DNA of 64,000 nt, from the NCBI RefSeq assembly GCF_006345805.1, contig NC_043015.1:30256001-30320000 (forward strand). Direction: 5' to 3'. The notes under the pieces were generated by a model, which did not search any database, was not told where the DNA came from, and saw only the letters and a program-made list of their open reading frames with translations. Positions 1-12,772 of the stretch are shown in pieces. This DNA is from Octopus sinensis. Lineage: Eukaryota. The translations under genes and the position numbers were made by a program. How positions within the stretch are numbered: the stretch's first letter is position 1; each line of letters begins with the position of its first letter.

Positions 1-97
1 GGACCTCAGCGGAATTTGAACTCAGAACGTAGCGGAAGACGAAATACCGCTGAGCATTTTGTCTGGCGTGCTAACGTCTCTGCCAGCTCGCCGCCTT
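1..97 (-). mobile_element. SINE family A (tRNA-headed), 5' part, cut by the window edge
   Basis: Reverse complement of the head ggcggcgagctggcaga...gagttcaaattccgc (B-box-like), which recurs in many copies in the window. Confidence 0.85.
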
Positions 98-163
98 ATG
101 GATTACATAAACAAATAGTGAAAATATCAATAATAATAATAATTCATTTCTCGACCATCTGAC

Positions 164-418
164 ATCATGCCACTAATACCAACAGGCGTCCCCTTTTATT
201 TCAAATGATTGCAATTCTCAGTGGGAGTCAGTTACGCATTGGCCATTAACAAGTCACAAGGTCAAACACTGCAGGTTGTCGGCCTCCATCTAGCAGTGGG
301 CTGTTTCTCACATGGTCAATTGTATGTAGGTTGTTCCAGCGTAGGACATCCACAGAAACTCTTCGTATGTGCTCCAAAGAAAAAAGGTTAGAATATTGTA
401 TATACTGAAGTTTTGTAA
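164..418 (+). mobile_element. Helitron RepHel PIF1-type helicase C-terminal remnant (pseudogenised)
   Basis: Frame reads IMPLIPTGVPFYFK*LQFSVGVSYALAINKSQGQTLQVVGLHLAVGCFSHGQLYVGCSSVG...KKG*NIVYTEVL*. It matches the Helitron helicase motifs RLQFP/INKSQGQ/FSHGQLYVACSRV and the terminal NIVY.EVL. Two in-frame stops. Confidence 0.85.
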
Positions 419-645
419 ATTTCTTATAATTTTTGCACAATACATTTCTCTATTATCGTCTATATTACTTTCTGTATTTGGATATTCTACATAAATTTCT
501 AAACTTACGTTATGCAATATTTAAATACTTTTTAACAATTCTTATTGCAAGGAAAATATGCATTAGACAGATGCCAATATGTGCCTGATGAATATATTTC
601 AACACCGTACAGACTAGGCCGAAGGCTGTGAGGCTCACTACTCTC

Positions 646-694
<49 letters not shown>

Positions 695-965
695 GTCTGT
701 CTCTCTCTCTCTCTTTGTCCTTGCTTTGACATTTTGTGATAGTTATAAATGAGTGTTACGGTCATACATACAGCATCATTCATTCCCCATAATTTGGGAG
801 AAAATATCTGGCAATAAGGAAATATTACCTTGCTTGGAAATGCGAGGGTTGGTGAGAGGAAGGGCATCTGGCCATAGAAAATGGCTACCTGGGGTCATCC
901 ACAGTTGGGGTATATTTCCCCTGGATCTACATCAGGAATTTTGCAGTGTTGGCTGAGATAATAAT

Positions 966-1194
966 TATTTCTTTACTACCCACAAGGGGCTAAACACAGA
1001 GGGGACAAACAAGGACAGACAAAGGGATTAAGTCGATTATATCGACCCCCAGTGCGTAGCTGGTACTTCATTTATCGATCCCGAAAGAATGAAAGGCAAA
1101 GTTGACCTCGGCAGAATTTGAACTCAGAACGTAACGACAGACGAAATACGGCTACGCATTTCACCCGGCGTGCTAACGTTTCTGCCAGCTCGCC
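966..1194 (-). mobile_element. SINE family A, full length
   Basis: Complete reverse-complement copy from the cgcc head to the tatttctttactacccacaagggg tail. Confidence 0.9.
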
Positions 1195-1762
1195 AGGAAA
1201 CAGACGATAGATATCGCACTAGTCTTTATTCAGTATGATGACTATTTTGGGCCATCCTGAAACTGTCTGTTATGAGGAGAATATTGTGCATCTAATTGTG
1301 TTGCACCAGTCTGTGCAGTTTGTGTCGCATCAGGTACACGCATAAAGAAGGGGATGTTTCTCTAGATATACTGAGTTCTACCAGGCATGTTGTTCATGCT
1401 CACTGTATTTTGGTTACATTGAGCTAATGGACATAGCCACAGTTGTTTGTGAATACGTAACATAAACGTTAACTCATACAATCATAAAATATAGAGAGGA
1501 GAACCTGTCAAAGAAAGATTAGATCTAGATTAATGAGGAGGGGGCGTGCACTCCGTGGGACATGAACACTCACTCACACAAATGTAGACACACACACCTA
1601 CACACACACAAACGCCCACACATGCACGCCATAAATTAAAATCATAAAATCATAAAAAAAGATTAAAACCTGTCAAATAAAGACTACATTAAGATTAAGG
1701 GTAGGAGTCTACATGCTTAGACTTAAACACATATATAGGCATACAAACTTTCTCTCTCTCTG

Positions 1763-1797
<35 letters not shown>

Positions 1798-2088
1798 ATA
1801 CACGTCAGTATGTCATTGAGTTGGGGATTAGCTATCAGGATGTAAAATTCATAGGAGACTTATATCTCTTGTTGCACACCCTTCTGCAAGGTCAAGTTGG
1901 CCTTTGGTCAACTGCAATCTGAGTGGAGGGTGGTGGCTGTTTCGTGGACATATATATATTTGGATCAAAATTTTAAAGTTTGGCACATTAATGTAATTTT
2001 CCATGCTGAATTACAGCATTATATGCATCTACATATCATACTTTGGGGTCTTATTTAACGTATATTTATATATTTATCTCTAACTGAC

Positions 2089-2490
2089 AGGCGCAGGAGT
2101 GGCTGTGTGGTAAGTAGCTTGCTTACCAACCACATGGTTCCGGGTTCAGTCCCACTGCGTCGCATCTTGGGCAAGTGTCTTCTGCTATAGCCCCGGGCCG
2201 ACCAATGTCTTGTGAGTGGATTTGGTAGACGGAAACTGAAAGAAGCCTGTTGTATATATGTATATGTATGTGTGTGTATATGTTTGTGTCTGTGTTTGTC
2301 CCCCTAGCATTGCTTGACAACCGATGCTGGTGTGTTTACATCCCCGTCACTTAGCGGTTTGGCAAAAGAGACCGATATAATAAGTACTGGGCTTACAAAG
2401 AATAAGTCCTGGGGTCGATTTGCTCAACTAAAGGCGGTGCTCCAGCATGGCCGCAGTCAAATGACTGAAACAAGTAAAAGAGTAAAGAGT
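2089..2490 (+). mobile_element. SINE family B (tRNA-headed, central CA/TA microsatellite)
   Basis: ggcgcaggagtggctgtgtggtaag head with A-box-like and ggttcagtcc B-box-like motifs; tail gactgaaacaagtaaaagag; about 10 near-identical copies in the window. Confidence 0.9.
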
Positions 2491-2764
2491 AACTATACAA
2501 AGTATCTGATAAAAGTCAATACTCAATTTTTCGGGATTAATCAATATGCGGCTATTCTATTTCAGATAATACAAAAATAACCCAATGAGTATATTTCCAG
2601 TTTGGAGAAAATCAGTTGAAAAATATGGCCATTATAATCTTATACACACACACAAAACAGGATTTATATTATATATATAACAGCCACTTTGATGTGGCAA
2701 CTAACTTTACTGGTTAGTATAGTTATTACTCTGATCTCTTCTTGAAATTTTACTAACTACTTTG

Positions 2765-2831
<67 letters not shown>

Positions 2832-3010
2832 GAGTGTATTTTTACTTTGTTAACAATTAACACGGAAAAATAAATAAATAGTTACCAGGGCAGCAAAAAT
2901 CTCACAAGTAAAGGTGTTGTAATATATCATATAACGTTTTTTAAACAATATTAATAGCGTTCTGTCTATCGCTATTCAAATCCATCATTTTTTGCTAAAA
3001 TGTCGTATTC

Positions 3011-3096
3011 ACTTTCCCGAAGAGAAGATTGCATTGTTTATACCATTTATTCTTTTGAATAGTATCCGTGGAATTTTCGAAACATGTGTCGAAAGT
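3011..3096 (+). ncRNA. Type I hammerhead ribozyme motif with CCGAAGA (U4C) core
   Basis: Stem I ACTTTC(3011-3016)/GAAAGT(3091-3096); core CCGAAGA; stem II GAAGATT/AATTTTC; GAAAC-ATGT-GTC; predicted cleavage after 3090. Confidence 0.7.
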
Positions 3097-3136
3097 AAAA
3101 ATACTTGTTTTACACCTGCGTTAACTCCATTTTTTA

Positions 3137-3173
<37 letters not shown>

Positions 3174-3203
3174 GCGAGAAAGAAGCAACAAGAATGGATA
3201 GGT

Positions 3204-3293
3204 TTTTAGTACAATCGTTTCATACAAGGACAGGCTTTATTAAAAGTTGCAAAAATTACAGCATATAACGTGTCCCGTACTCATCAGCTAAAA
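3204..3293 (-). ncRNA. Type I hammerhead ribozyme motif (minus strand)
   Basis: Minus strand: stem I TTTTAG/CTAAAA, CTGATGA, stem II GTACGGGACA/TGTCCTTGTAT, GAAAC-GATT-GTA. Confidence 0.75.
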
Positions 3294-3507
3294 TACATGT
3301 GAGTTCTCTAGACATCCTAGTGGTTGAGGCTATACTCATGAAGTAATGTAATAATTAGTAACATAAACAGATTTCCAAAGTTCATTAAAGTTCTTTAAAG
3401 ATGATGTACAGTCTTATCACAGAATTTAAAAAAAGTTTTAATAGCATCACAGAGAAGGTGACCTAATCCATAGTGCACATATGAATTTCCAGAGATATGA
3501 GGAGGGA

Positions 3508-3594
3508 TTAGCTGATGAGTACGGGACACGTTTATATGCTGTAATTTTTGCAACTTTTAATAAAGCCTGTCCTTGTATGAAACGATTGTACTAA
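3508..3594 (+). ncRNA. Type I hammerhead ribozyme motif (plus strand)
   Basis: TTAG-CTGATGA(3512-3518)-GTACGGGACA...TGTCCTTGTAT-GAAAC(3579-3583)-GATT-GTA-CTAA; stem I only 4 bp. Confidence 0.7.
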
Positions 3595-3940
3595 AAACCT
3601 ATCCATTCTTGTTGCTTCTTTCTCGCTTATAATCACCCCACATTACTGTATTGTTAAAACAGTATAGTTTTTTTTGGTGCATCTAAGTTAGGTACCATAT
3701 TCAAGTAAATTCATTTAAATTAACTTGAATCTTTATTGCTTTTTGTATATATATATATATATATAATAATTATTTGAGGGAATATTCTACCAAATATATA
3801 CGTTTTTATTATTATTTTGCAATTTACTTAATCATCGGTATATTATTGTTATTTTATTCCTAATATTTGTATTAAATGTAATTTTCTAGATGGTATAATT
3901 TAATTGTTTATTTTGAATTGATAAAAGGTGTTTTTTTCTA

Positions 3941-3984
<44 letters not shown>

Positions 3985-4644
3985 ACATAAATGAATTGAG
4001 GTTCACTACAGCTGTTTCAGACACATTTTTTGTAGATGAATAAATCAATTACATCATCGGAAAAAATTGTTTGCTTAAGGTGAATTAAAATTTAAATCTA
4101 AAATTTAACATTTAAGATTTGGCTCATAAGGAATATCTGTTGACACCCTCATGTTGGTAGCAACCAAGACAATGAATATACAAAGCCTAGCTAGACCTTA
4201 TATGGGGAAAGGGTCATAAATCCAATAACACACTAATCTATCTAAAGCCATTAATACATGGTAAGAGGTACAGACAATGAAATACACTCACACCTGTGCC
4301 ATTTTCCACTCAAATGGTATCCAACCGGGGTCATTAAGTGTTAACATACACTTAGACACACACATATACAATTCATGCACACACATGCCATAATTACCCA
4401 AATGTAAAAAATAAAAATAAACATACATGTATATGTATATATACACAAATAGACATATTCATATGAACATACATACGCACACACACACACACACACTTAC
4501 AGACACATAATCATACAAGTATAGATGCCCCATTTATGCATGCATTCAAAATATACAAAGCACGACTCACATTTGTTCTACATGGTTGCTCACACGTGAT
4601 TGTCCTTAGCTGGCCTTTAAAATTCAATGCTTGGACACATACAT

Positions 4645-4925
4645 GCATACACACACATACACACAAACACACATACACACAAACACACATACACACAAAC
4701 ACACACACACACACATACACACAAACACACACATACACACAAACACACACACACACACATATACACAAACACACACACACACACATATACACAAACACGC
4801 ACATACACACAAACACACACACACACATACACACAAACACACATACACACACAAACACACACACACACATATACACAAACACGCACATACACACAAACAC
4901 ACACACACATATACACACATTCATA
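4645..4925. repeat. (CA)-rich minisatellite/microsatellite
   Basis: Repeats of acacacatacacacaaac variants; source of the HT/CV ORFs. Confidence 0.95.
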
Positions 4926-5460
4926 TATTGACACACCCATACATACATACATACACAAATACACATGTACACACGAAACTATATATATATATGTGTGTAT
5001 ATGTGTTTATATAAATATATATATATACATATATGTAGTTATGTATATATATATATATATATACACATGTACACACAAATATATATAAATCCTTAAAAAT
5101 GTTTTAGCCCGATAAATATATATATATATATATTATCAATATATATATATATATATATGTTATATTATATATATATTATATATATATATTCAATATATAT
5201 TATATATATAGATAATATATATATATATGTATATGTATATAATTACATATTTTGTGAATACGTGTGTGACTTAATTTCTCAAGCCATATCTTACAAAGCA
5301 ATGACTTTCAAAATGAACTGACTCAGAATTTGATGACCTGTCTAACCCATGCCAGCATACAAAGGAGATTTTAAGATAACGACGCCAATGACGACAGTGA
5401 AGCAATATATTTGCGTAAACGCATGTATGTACCTATACGTATTCGCACATACATACTCAT

Positions 5461-6033
5461 ACTCTGTTACTTGTTTCAGTCATTTGACTGCGGCCATGCT
5501 GGAGCACCACCTTTAATCGAGCAACTCGACCCCAGAACTTATTCTTTGTAAGCCCAGTACTTATTCTATCGGTCTCTTTTGCCGAACTGCTAAGTGACGG
5601 GGACGTAAACACACCAGCATCGGTTGTCAAGCAATGCTAGGGGGACAAACACAGACACACAAACATACATGCACACATCATCATCATCATTTAGCATCCG
5701 TTTTCCATGCTAGCATGGGTTGGACTAAATAGTTGCAGACAGACAGAGATTGAAACTTCTATCTCTACACAGGATTAGTAATTAAATTACCAACCCTTTT
5801 ACCCACTAAGCCACCAAACCTCACCTTGTATATATAACCTCACACATGTATATATATGTATACATATATACGACGGGCTTCTTTCAGTTTCCGTCTACCA
5901 AATCAACTCACAAGGCGTTGGTCGGCCCGAGGCTATAGTACAAGACGCTTGCCCAAGGTTCCACGCAGTGGGACTGAACCCGGAACCATGTGGTCGGTAA
6001 GCAAGCTACTTACCACACAGCCACTCCTGCGCC
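5461..6033 (-). mobile_element. SINE family B with extra sequence (a family D tail fragment and unrelated DNA) in its central tract
   Basis: B tail at 5461-5670, B head at about 5865-6033, and catcatcatttagcatccgttttccatgctagcatggg in between. Confidence 0.8.
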
Positions 6034-6386
6034 CTCATACGTATATGTACAAGCATGCACATACTTGTACAGGCACACACATGCTCACATGCACACCACA
6101 GAAAACACATTCTGTCTGTTATGTAAACTGTGTCAGCTGCTGTAATATCAAATGTGTGTCACTAACCTCTGCTTTATTCTGACTTGTGAAATGTTTGAAT
6201 TTGCTACATTCATATATATTTTACATGTTATGCTCTGTTTGTTTTGTTTTGTATTGAAATTGTTAAAGTTTTCAAGGTTTCAATCATTTCCCACTAAAAT
6301 TTACTCTGAAGTTTATCACAAAGACATGTCTTTGTCTCTATGGATATGTGTATATGATTGCGTGCGCATGTGTGTGGTGTGTGGTG

Positions 6387-6451
<65 letters not shown>

Positions 6452-6763
6452 CCATCTGTATGTGTGAATATATGTTTGTGCTTATATTGATGTGCTTGGC
6501 TGTAAAGGTATACAGATTCATAGATTTATAAATACATATGCTTACATATTCACACATGCACCAAGATACGTTTACACCCAACATACATGTGTATATGTAA
6601 TGTGCATATGTAATGTGCATATGTAATGTGTGTGTGTGTGTGTGTGTTGGGAAACCTGTTTATGTTAAGTTTATGAATACATATATTTCTGGTGTGCATA
6701 CTAGTTTGTCCTACTGTTGCAAACCCAGTGTGTGTATTACACACACACTCACACACACACATG

Positions 6764-6803
<40 letters not shown>

Positions 6804-7171
6804 CACACAACACACACACAAACACACACACACACACACACACAAGTATATATATGTCTGTATATATGTAGTATATATGTTTACCATTTCTCTCCAATAC
6901 TTTTAGCCTCATCTGGAATGCAGAGAATTTTTAGCATAATTTTTAAATATTTATTATTTACTTTTTTTAAAATTCTTCTTGCTTTCTCATCAAAATTGAC
7001 ATTTTAAAAGATAATAACAATAATGAATCCTAACTCCAGCACAAGGACATCCATTTCACAACAGAGCGGAGCTGTAGTCAGGTTAAATCACTATTAAAAA
7101 CTAGTATTATTAGCTATGTGTGTCCCAGTATGTTGGGGGCAGTACTAATACAAAATATATTGGAAATACAT

Positions 7172-7582
7172 AGGCGGCGAGCTGGCAGAACCATTAGCAC
7201 GCCGGGCGAAATGTGTAGCCATATTTCGTCTGCTGTTACGTTCTGAGTTCAAATTCCGCCAAGGTCGACTTTGTCTTTCATCCTTTCAGGGTCGATAAAG
7301 TAAGTACCAGTTACGCACTGGGGTCGATGTAGATTTAATCCGTTTGTCTGTCCTTGTTTGTCCCCTCTGTGTTTAGCCCCATGTAGGTAGTAAAGAAATA
7401 GGTATTTCGTCTGCCGTTACGTTCTGGGTTCAAATTCCGCCGAGGTCAACTTTGCCTTTCATCTTTTCGGGGTCGATAAATTAAGTACCAGTTATGCACT
7501 GGGGTCGATGTAATCAATTTAATTTGTTTGTCTGTCCTTGTTTGTCCCCTCTATGTTTAGCCCCTTATGGGTAGTAAAGAAA
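7172..7582 (+). mobile_element. SINE family A head-to-tail dimer (full copy plus 5'-truncated copy)
   Basis: Full copy 7172-7400 followed by a second copy starting at ggtatttcgtctgcc; flanked by aaatatattggaaa at 7153-7166 and 7584-7597. Confidence 0.85.
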
Positions 7583-7906
7583 CAAATATATTGGAAAACA
7601 ACATGCATTAAATAGCTGAGAATATACAAAGAGTCAAAAACAAGGCATCAGGCTGGCAGAATCATTGGCATATTGGGCAAAATGCTTAGTGGTACTCCAT
7701 CTGTTTCACATTCTGAGTTCAAATGCTGCCAAGGTTAACTTTGTCTTTCATCCTTTCTGGTCCGATAAAATAATTACCAGTTGAGCACTGGGGTTGACTT
7801 TTCTCTTTACCCCTTCCCTGAAAATGCTAGTCTTGTACCAAAATTTGAGCCCAACATACACTGTAAAAGGGGTGAAATCTACACCAACAGTAAAGACACA
7901 TTAATA

Positions 7907-8473
7907 TTGGGTTGTCCGGAAAGTTCGTGCCGATTTTTAAAGGAAAGAAAAAGGTCAATAAATACTTGCCATTACATTTTTAATCAACTAAATATGAACC
8001 ATTTTGTTGCACAATGTGTCTTCATCTTTCCTTTAACTCAAAAATACGCTCTTCCCAGAATTGTGCTGGTTTCATGGCAAAGAATTCATCAAGGTATCCT
8101 TTTGACATCATCCAAGGAATTGAAATTTTTACCATTAAGACTATTCTGCAGAGACCTGAATAAGTGGAAATCCGAAGGAGCAATATCTGGTGAATATGGA
8201 GGGTGGGGTAACACATCCCAGCCAAGCTGCAGCAATTTTTGTCTGGTTCCCAAAGCACCAAATGCCGAAAATGAACTTTCTTATCTTCCATTTTAAAGGG
8301 TTACAGAATTGACACAGGTTATAGGAACATAAACCTTCTTCCACGAAAAGATGGTTTAAACTGTGCTCTAAATGGAGGTGTAGTCAAATCCTATTTTATG
8401 GACTCAACCATGTTCTAAAATAAGTCGAAAGGTAAGCTACTATAAATCAGCACAAACTTTCCGGACAACCCAA
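7907..8473 (-). mobile_element. Mariner (Tc1/mariner) internal-deletion derivative
   Basis: TIRs ttgggttgtccggaaagtt / aactttccggacaacccaa with TA flanks. Minus strand encodes the N-terminus MEDKKVHFRHLVLWE joined to WDVLPHPPYSPDIAPSDFHLFRSLQ and the C-terminal LDEFFAMKPAQFWEERIFELKER. Confidence 0.9.
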
Positions 8474-8859
8474 TATATACATACTAAGAAATAGTAATAA
8501 TAACAATACCAGTTTTGAGGAGAGGGATTTAGTCGAAGCATTGATACTAGTACATTGCCAGTACTTTATCAGTTCCTGCGGGATGAAAGGCAAAGTTGAC
8601 CTTGGTGGGATCTGAACCCAAAACATGGAGATTTATAGAGAAAATTCTTGATAGGATGCAGCTATAGGAAATATGCTAAAGCTGACACTGTCTAATTGTC
8701 CAACCCATGCCAGCATGGAAAAACAGACATGAATTGATAATGGTAATGGTGATGAGCCAGATGCAATTGTAATTTTACTGTTTGTCTTTGCTAGCAATAA
8801 TCATTGAAGTGGAGAGATTGTAACCTGTTTTCTTGTCATGGTTGCATTACAATGTTTTA

Positions 8860-9252
8860 GTGGAGGCGCAATGGCCCAGTGGTTAGGGCAGCGGATTCGC
8901 GGTCATAGGATCGCGGTTTCGATTCCCAGACCGGGCGTTGTGAGTGTTTATTGAGCGAAAACACCTAAAAGCTCCACGAGGCTCTGGCAGGGGATGGTGG
9001 TGATCCCTGCTGTACTCTTTCACCACAACTTTCTCTCACTCTTACTTCCTGTTTCTGTTGTACCTGTATTTCAAAGGGCCAGCCTTGTCACTCTCTGTGT
9101 CACGCTGAATATCCCCGAGAACTACGTTAAGGGTACACGTGTCTGTGGAGTGCTCACCCACTTACACGTTAATTTCACGAGCAGGCTGTTCCGTTGATTC
9201 GGATCAACCGGAACCCTCGTCGTCGTAACCGACGGAGTGCTTCCTCTCTCTC
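8860..9252 (+). mobile_element. SINE family C, tail type 1
   Basis: A box TGGCCCAGTGG, B box GGTTTCGATTCC; 11-bp TSD acaatgtttta at 8849-8859 and 9253-9263. Confidence 0.9.
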
Positions 9253-9266
9253 ACAATGTTTTAATT

Positions 9267-9598
9267 CAGTGGTTCTCAACCAGGGTCCATATAAGATTGG
9301 GTGGTTGGGGGTGGGAGTCTATGCAAACAAAATAGAAAATTGAGGGCCCATAGAAATGCATTTAGGGTCCATGGAAAAAGATTTTGCTTTAGATGTATTT
9401 ATTGCAAGAAACAGCCAGGTTTCTTTCTCTAATGTCTTACATTAGTTCAACCTAAACAAGTTCATGTAGGATGAACAAAATAAGAATTTTCAAAGCATTT
9501 ATAAAACCAGTTTTTAAACATCGAATGGTTATTGGGATCCACCAAAATAAAATAATATTCAGTGCACTCCATAGATAAAAAATGGTTGAGAACTTCTG
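9267..9598. mobile_element. hAT-type MITE
   Basis: TIRs cagtggttctcaacc / ggttgagaacttctg; decayed 8-bp flanks ttttaatt / ctttaaac; related copy at 54037-54472. Confidence 0.75.
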
Positions 9599-9798
9599 CT
9601 TTAAACTAAATATTTTAAACTTTATCATAATTGTGTCCTTCTATATTCTGAGTTCAAATCCTCCTTCGGTCTATGTTTTCTCTTTTCATTCCATCTAGAG
9701 TCAATTAAAAAATATCGATCATGTATTGCATGTACTGGGGTCTGTTCAGTTGATTAATTTTCTCTTTTACAAATACCTAACTTTGTATCAAAGTAAGC

Positions 9799-9876
<78 letters not shown>

Positions 9877-9891
9877 ACACACAAACACACA

Positions 9892-9935
<44 letters not shown>

Positions 9936-10502
9936 CACACACGTGGTCTTCTTTTAAAACAAAATCCTGAGTTGAATAGAAATTTCCAATTAATTCTAGT
10001 TTTGTCCAAATTATACTGTTTTGGTTGGAACTCTCCCTCACTCCTCTCCAACCATGACCTACCCTCCCAACTTGGCCCTCTTTGGTGCCAATTTGTTTAT
10101 TGCTTTCCTCAGTTCTAAATATATTTTGGCAAAACCAACAATCAATATTGTACAACCTCTGATGTTGGCTTACAGGTTGTATTGGCGAGATGGTTCCCAC
10201 AGACTTGTTGTGTCCACAACAGCAGCAGCAGCAGTTGCAGCAGCAGCAGTAGTGTTTGTTATTGTAAATGTTGACTAAACTCAACCATTTCTATTCAAAT
10301 AGAACTATAATACACAAACAGACACAGTAAAGGGAACTTGGTGTGTAACAGTTTCAAATCCTTGTTACATTTTTAGCAACCCCAAAATTTCCTCACAGAT
10401 GGATGGAACAATTAGTGATTTGATACCAGACTGGAGGTTACCATACGTAACCTCCAGTTTTAAAGTTCATATCATCATCATCATCACCATCATCATCATT
10501 AT

Positions 10503-10922
10503 AGGCGCAGGAGTGGCTGTGTGGTAAGTAGCTTACTTACCAGCCACATGGTTCCAGGTTCAGTCCCACTGTGTGGCACCTTGGGCAAGTGTCTTCTACT
10601 ATAGCCTCGGGCTGACCAAAGCCTTGTGAGTGGATTTGGTAGACAGAAACTGAAAGAAGCCTGTCGTGTATATGTATATATGTATATATATGTGTGTGCG
10701 TGTTTGTGTGTCTGTGTTCGTCCCCCCAACATCACTTGACAACCGATGCTGGTGTGTTTACATCCCTGTAACTTAGCAGTTCAGCAAAAGAGTCCGATCG
10801 AATAAGTACTAGGCTTACAAAGAATAAGTCCTGGGGTCGATTTGCTCGACTAAAAAGGCGGTGCTCCAGCATGGCCACAGTCAAATGACTGAAACAAGTA
10901 AAAGAATAAAAGAATAAAGAAT
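10503..10922 (+). mobile_element. SINE family B
   Basis: Full-length match to the other B copies. Confidence 0.9.
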
Positions 10923-11309
10923 TATTTTAACATCCACTTTTCCATACTGACATGAGTCAGAAGCAATTTGCTGAGATGGAGTTTCTATGGCTGGATGCTC
11001 TTTCTGTTTCCAACCCTCAACTCTTTCCAGAGAAAGAAATATTTCCCCATGACCAGACACACTTTCATGGAAGATCGGAAATGAAGTATGCTGCTTGCCT
11101 TGGCATGGCACTTGCTTACAACTATCCTGCCATGCCAAGGCAGGGAGACAGTAACATACACATGCACATACACACATATATACATACATATATTTCCACA
11201 CACCACTCATACAGCAGGATTCTTTCAGTTTCCATCTACCAAATCCACTTACAAGGCTTTGGTCAACTTGTGGCCATGGTTGAAAACACCCAAGTTGTCA
11301 TCTAGTGTT

Positions 11310-11500
11310 TACGTGTCACTGGCACCTGTGCCGGTGGCACATAAAAAGCACCCACTACACTCACGGAGTGGTTGGTATAGGAAGGGCATCCAGCTGTAGA
11401 AACTCTGCCAGATCAGACTGGAGCCTGGTGCAGCCTCCTGGCTTCCCAGACCCCAGTCGAACCATCCAACCCATGCTAGCATGGAAAACGGATGTTAAAC

Positions 11501-11531
<31 letters not shown>
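11310..11531 (+). mobile_element. Family D: RTE-LINE 3' end / RTE-tail short retroposon
   Basis: aggaagggcatccagctgtagaaac...ccatgctagcatggaaaacggatgttaaac followed by a (GAT)n tail. Confidence 0.85.
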
Positions 11532-12548
11532 GGATTGAACCCAAGACTATATCATTGGGAAGCAACCTTCTCAACCACACATCCTTGTCTGTATCTGTTT
11601 ATGGCAACAGATGTTTGTCAAGTCTTAAAATTAAAATTTTCCTCCACAACAATTTTTAAGTAGGAAGTGGTTTTAAATTTTCAATTGACATTATTATACA
11701 TAACGTAACGGCATTGGATAGAATAAAAGTACTCGACACAGTTATGTCACTTTACAGTATGTGTTTCAATCTCACTCGTATCCACTTTGCCTTTTATCCT
11801 TCCACATCCAATGAAATGAAACACCAGTCAAGTACTGATGAATGGGGCGATTTAATTAACTCCTCCTTCTCCCCTATCCAAACATGTGACCTTGTATCTA
11901 TGTTAAGAATCATTATTATTATTATTATCAATATAAAAGGGCTGTGTGCTGACAGAATTGTCAGAGCATCAGAAAAGTGTAGTATTTCCACCAGCCCTTA
12001 AAATGCAGAGTACAAATGCCACAGGGCCCAACATTGCACCTCATCCATCTGGGGGATCAATAAATGAAATACCAGTCATATATTAGGGATGATGTTATTG
12101 CCTTACTCATTCCTCTCAAAATCGCTGTACATGTACCTAAATCAGAAACAATTAAAAAGGGTACTATAGATAGCAAGCTGGCAGTCAAGAGATCCTCAGA
12201 CAGAATGCCTTGTGGATACGTTGGGGTTTCTGCGCCCTGAATTCAAGTACTGCTGATTTTAATTTCGCTTTTCATCCTATCTTCTTCTTTCCATTTCATG
12301 CTAGGTGGCCTACAAGGCTTTCACTCTCTCTCTTTTCATGCGGCCGTGTTGACATCTATGATCCACACCTGGCTTCAGGTTCCTTCTCTTTTCAGGTTAG
12401 TAACCACAGCATTTCCAAGGTGTTGTAGATTCTTCTAAGTGTTTGAAGTTTCTGTAAATAGACATTTTTTTTCTTCAGGTCAGATTATTTGTCTGACAGC
12501 CGCCATCTTTAAAGGAAGGGATTGATTTTATGCCGCACTTTCCTTCTT

Positions 12549-12772
12549 ATTTTATTGCCCACAAGGGGCTAAACATAGAAGGGACAAACAAGGACAGACA
12601 AAGGGATTAAATAGATTACATTGACCCCAGTGCGTAACTGGTACTTAATTTATCAACCTCGAAAGGATGAAAGGCAAAGTCAACCTTGGCAGAATTTGAA
12701 CTCAGAACATAACGGCAGACGAAATACAGCTAAGCATTTCACCCAGCGTACTAAAGTTTCTGCCAGTTCGCT
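12549..12772 (-). mobile_element. SINE family A
   Basis: Reverse-complement near-full copy. Confidence 0.85.

Larger units (their letters stand above)
3174..3626. repeat. 118/119-bp inverted repeat (3174-3291 / 3508-3626) around a 216-bp spacer; Penelope-like terminal repeats
   Basis: The arms are reverse complements except for one 1-nt indel; each arm carries a hammerhead motif; the left flank is (TA)n. Confidence 0.9.

Noticed and set aside
1242-1361. Minus-strand 39-codon frame ending in TAG with AATAAA 11 nt later
   Set aside because: The acceptor lacks a pyrimidine tract, there is no homology and no supporting upstream exon.
4000-4062. Minus-strand CCGATGA ... GAAAC-AGCT-GTA hammerhead-like pieces (a similar weak case at 3795-3845)
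   Set aside because: Stems I and II do not pair at 4.0 kb; the 3.8-kb case lacks G12 and a stem II and is AT-rich, so chance is plausible.
8860-8940. tRNA-like heads of SINE families A, B and C
   Set aside because: A and B boxes are present but there is no complete cloverleaf, and they continue into SINE bodies with TSDs; not tRNA genes.
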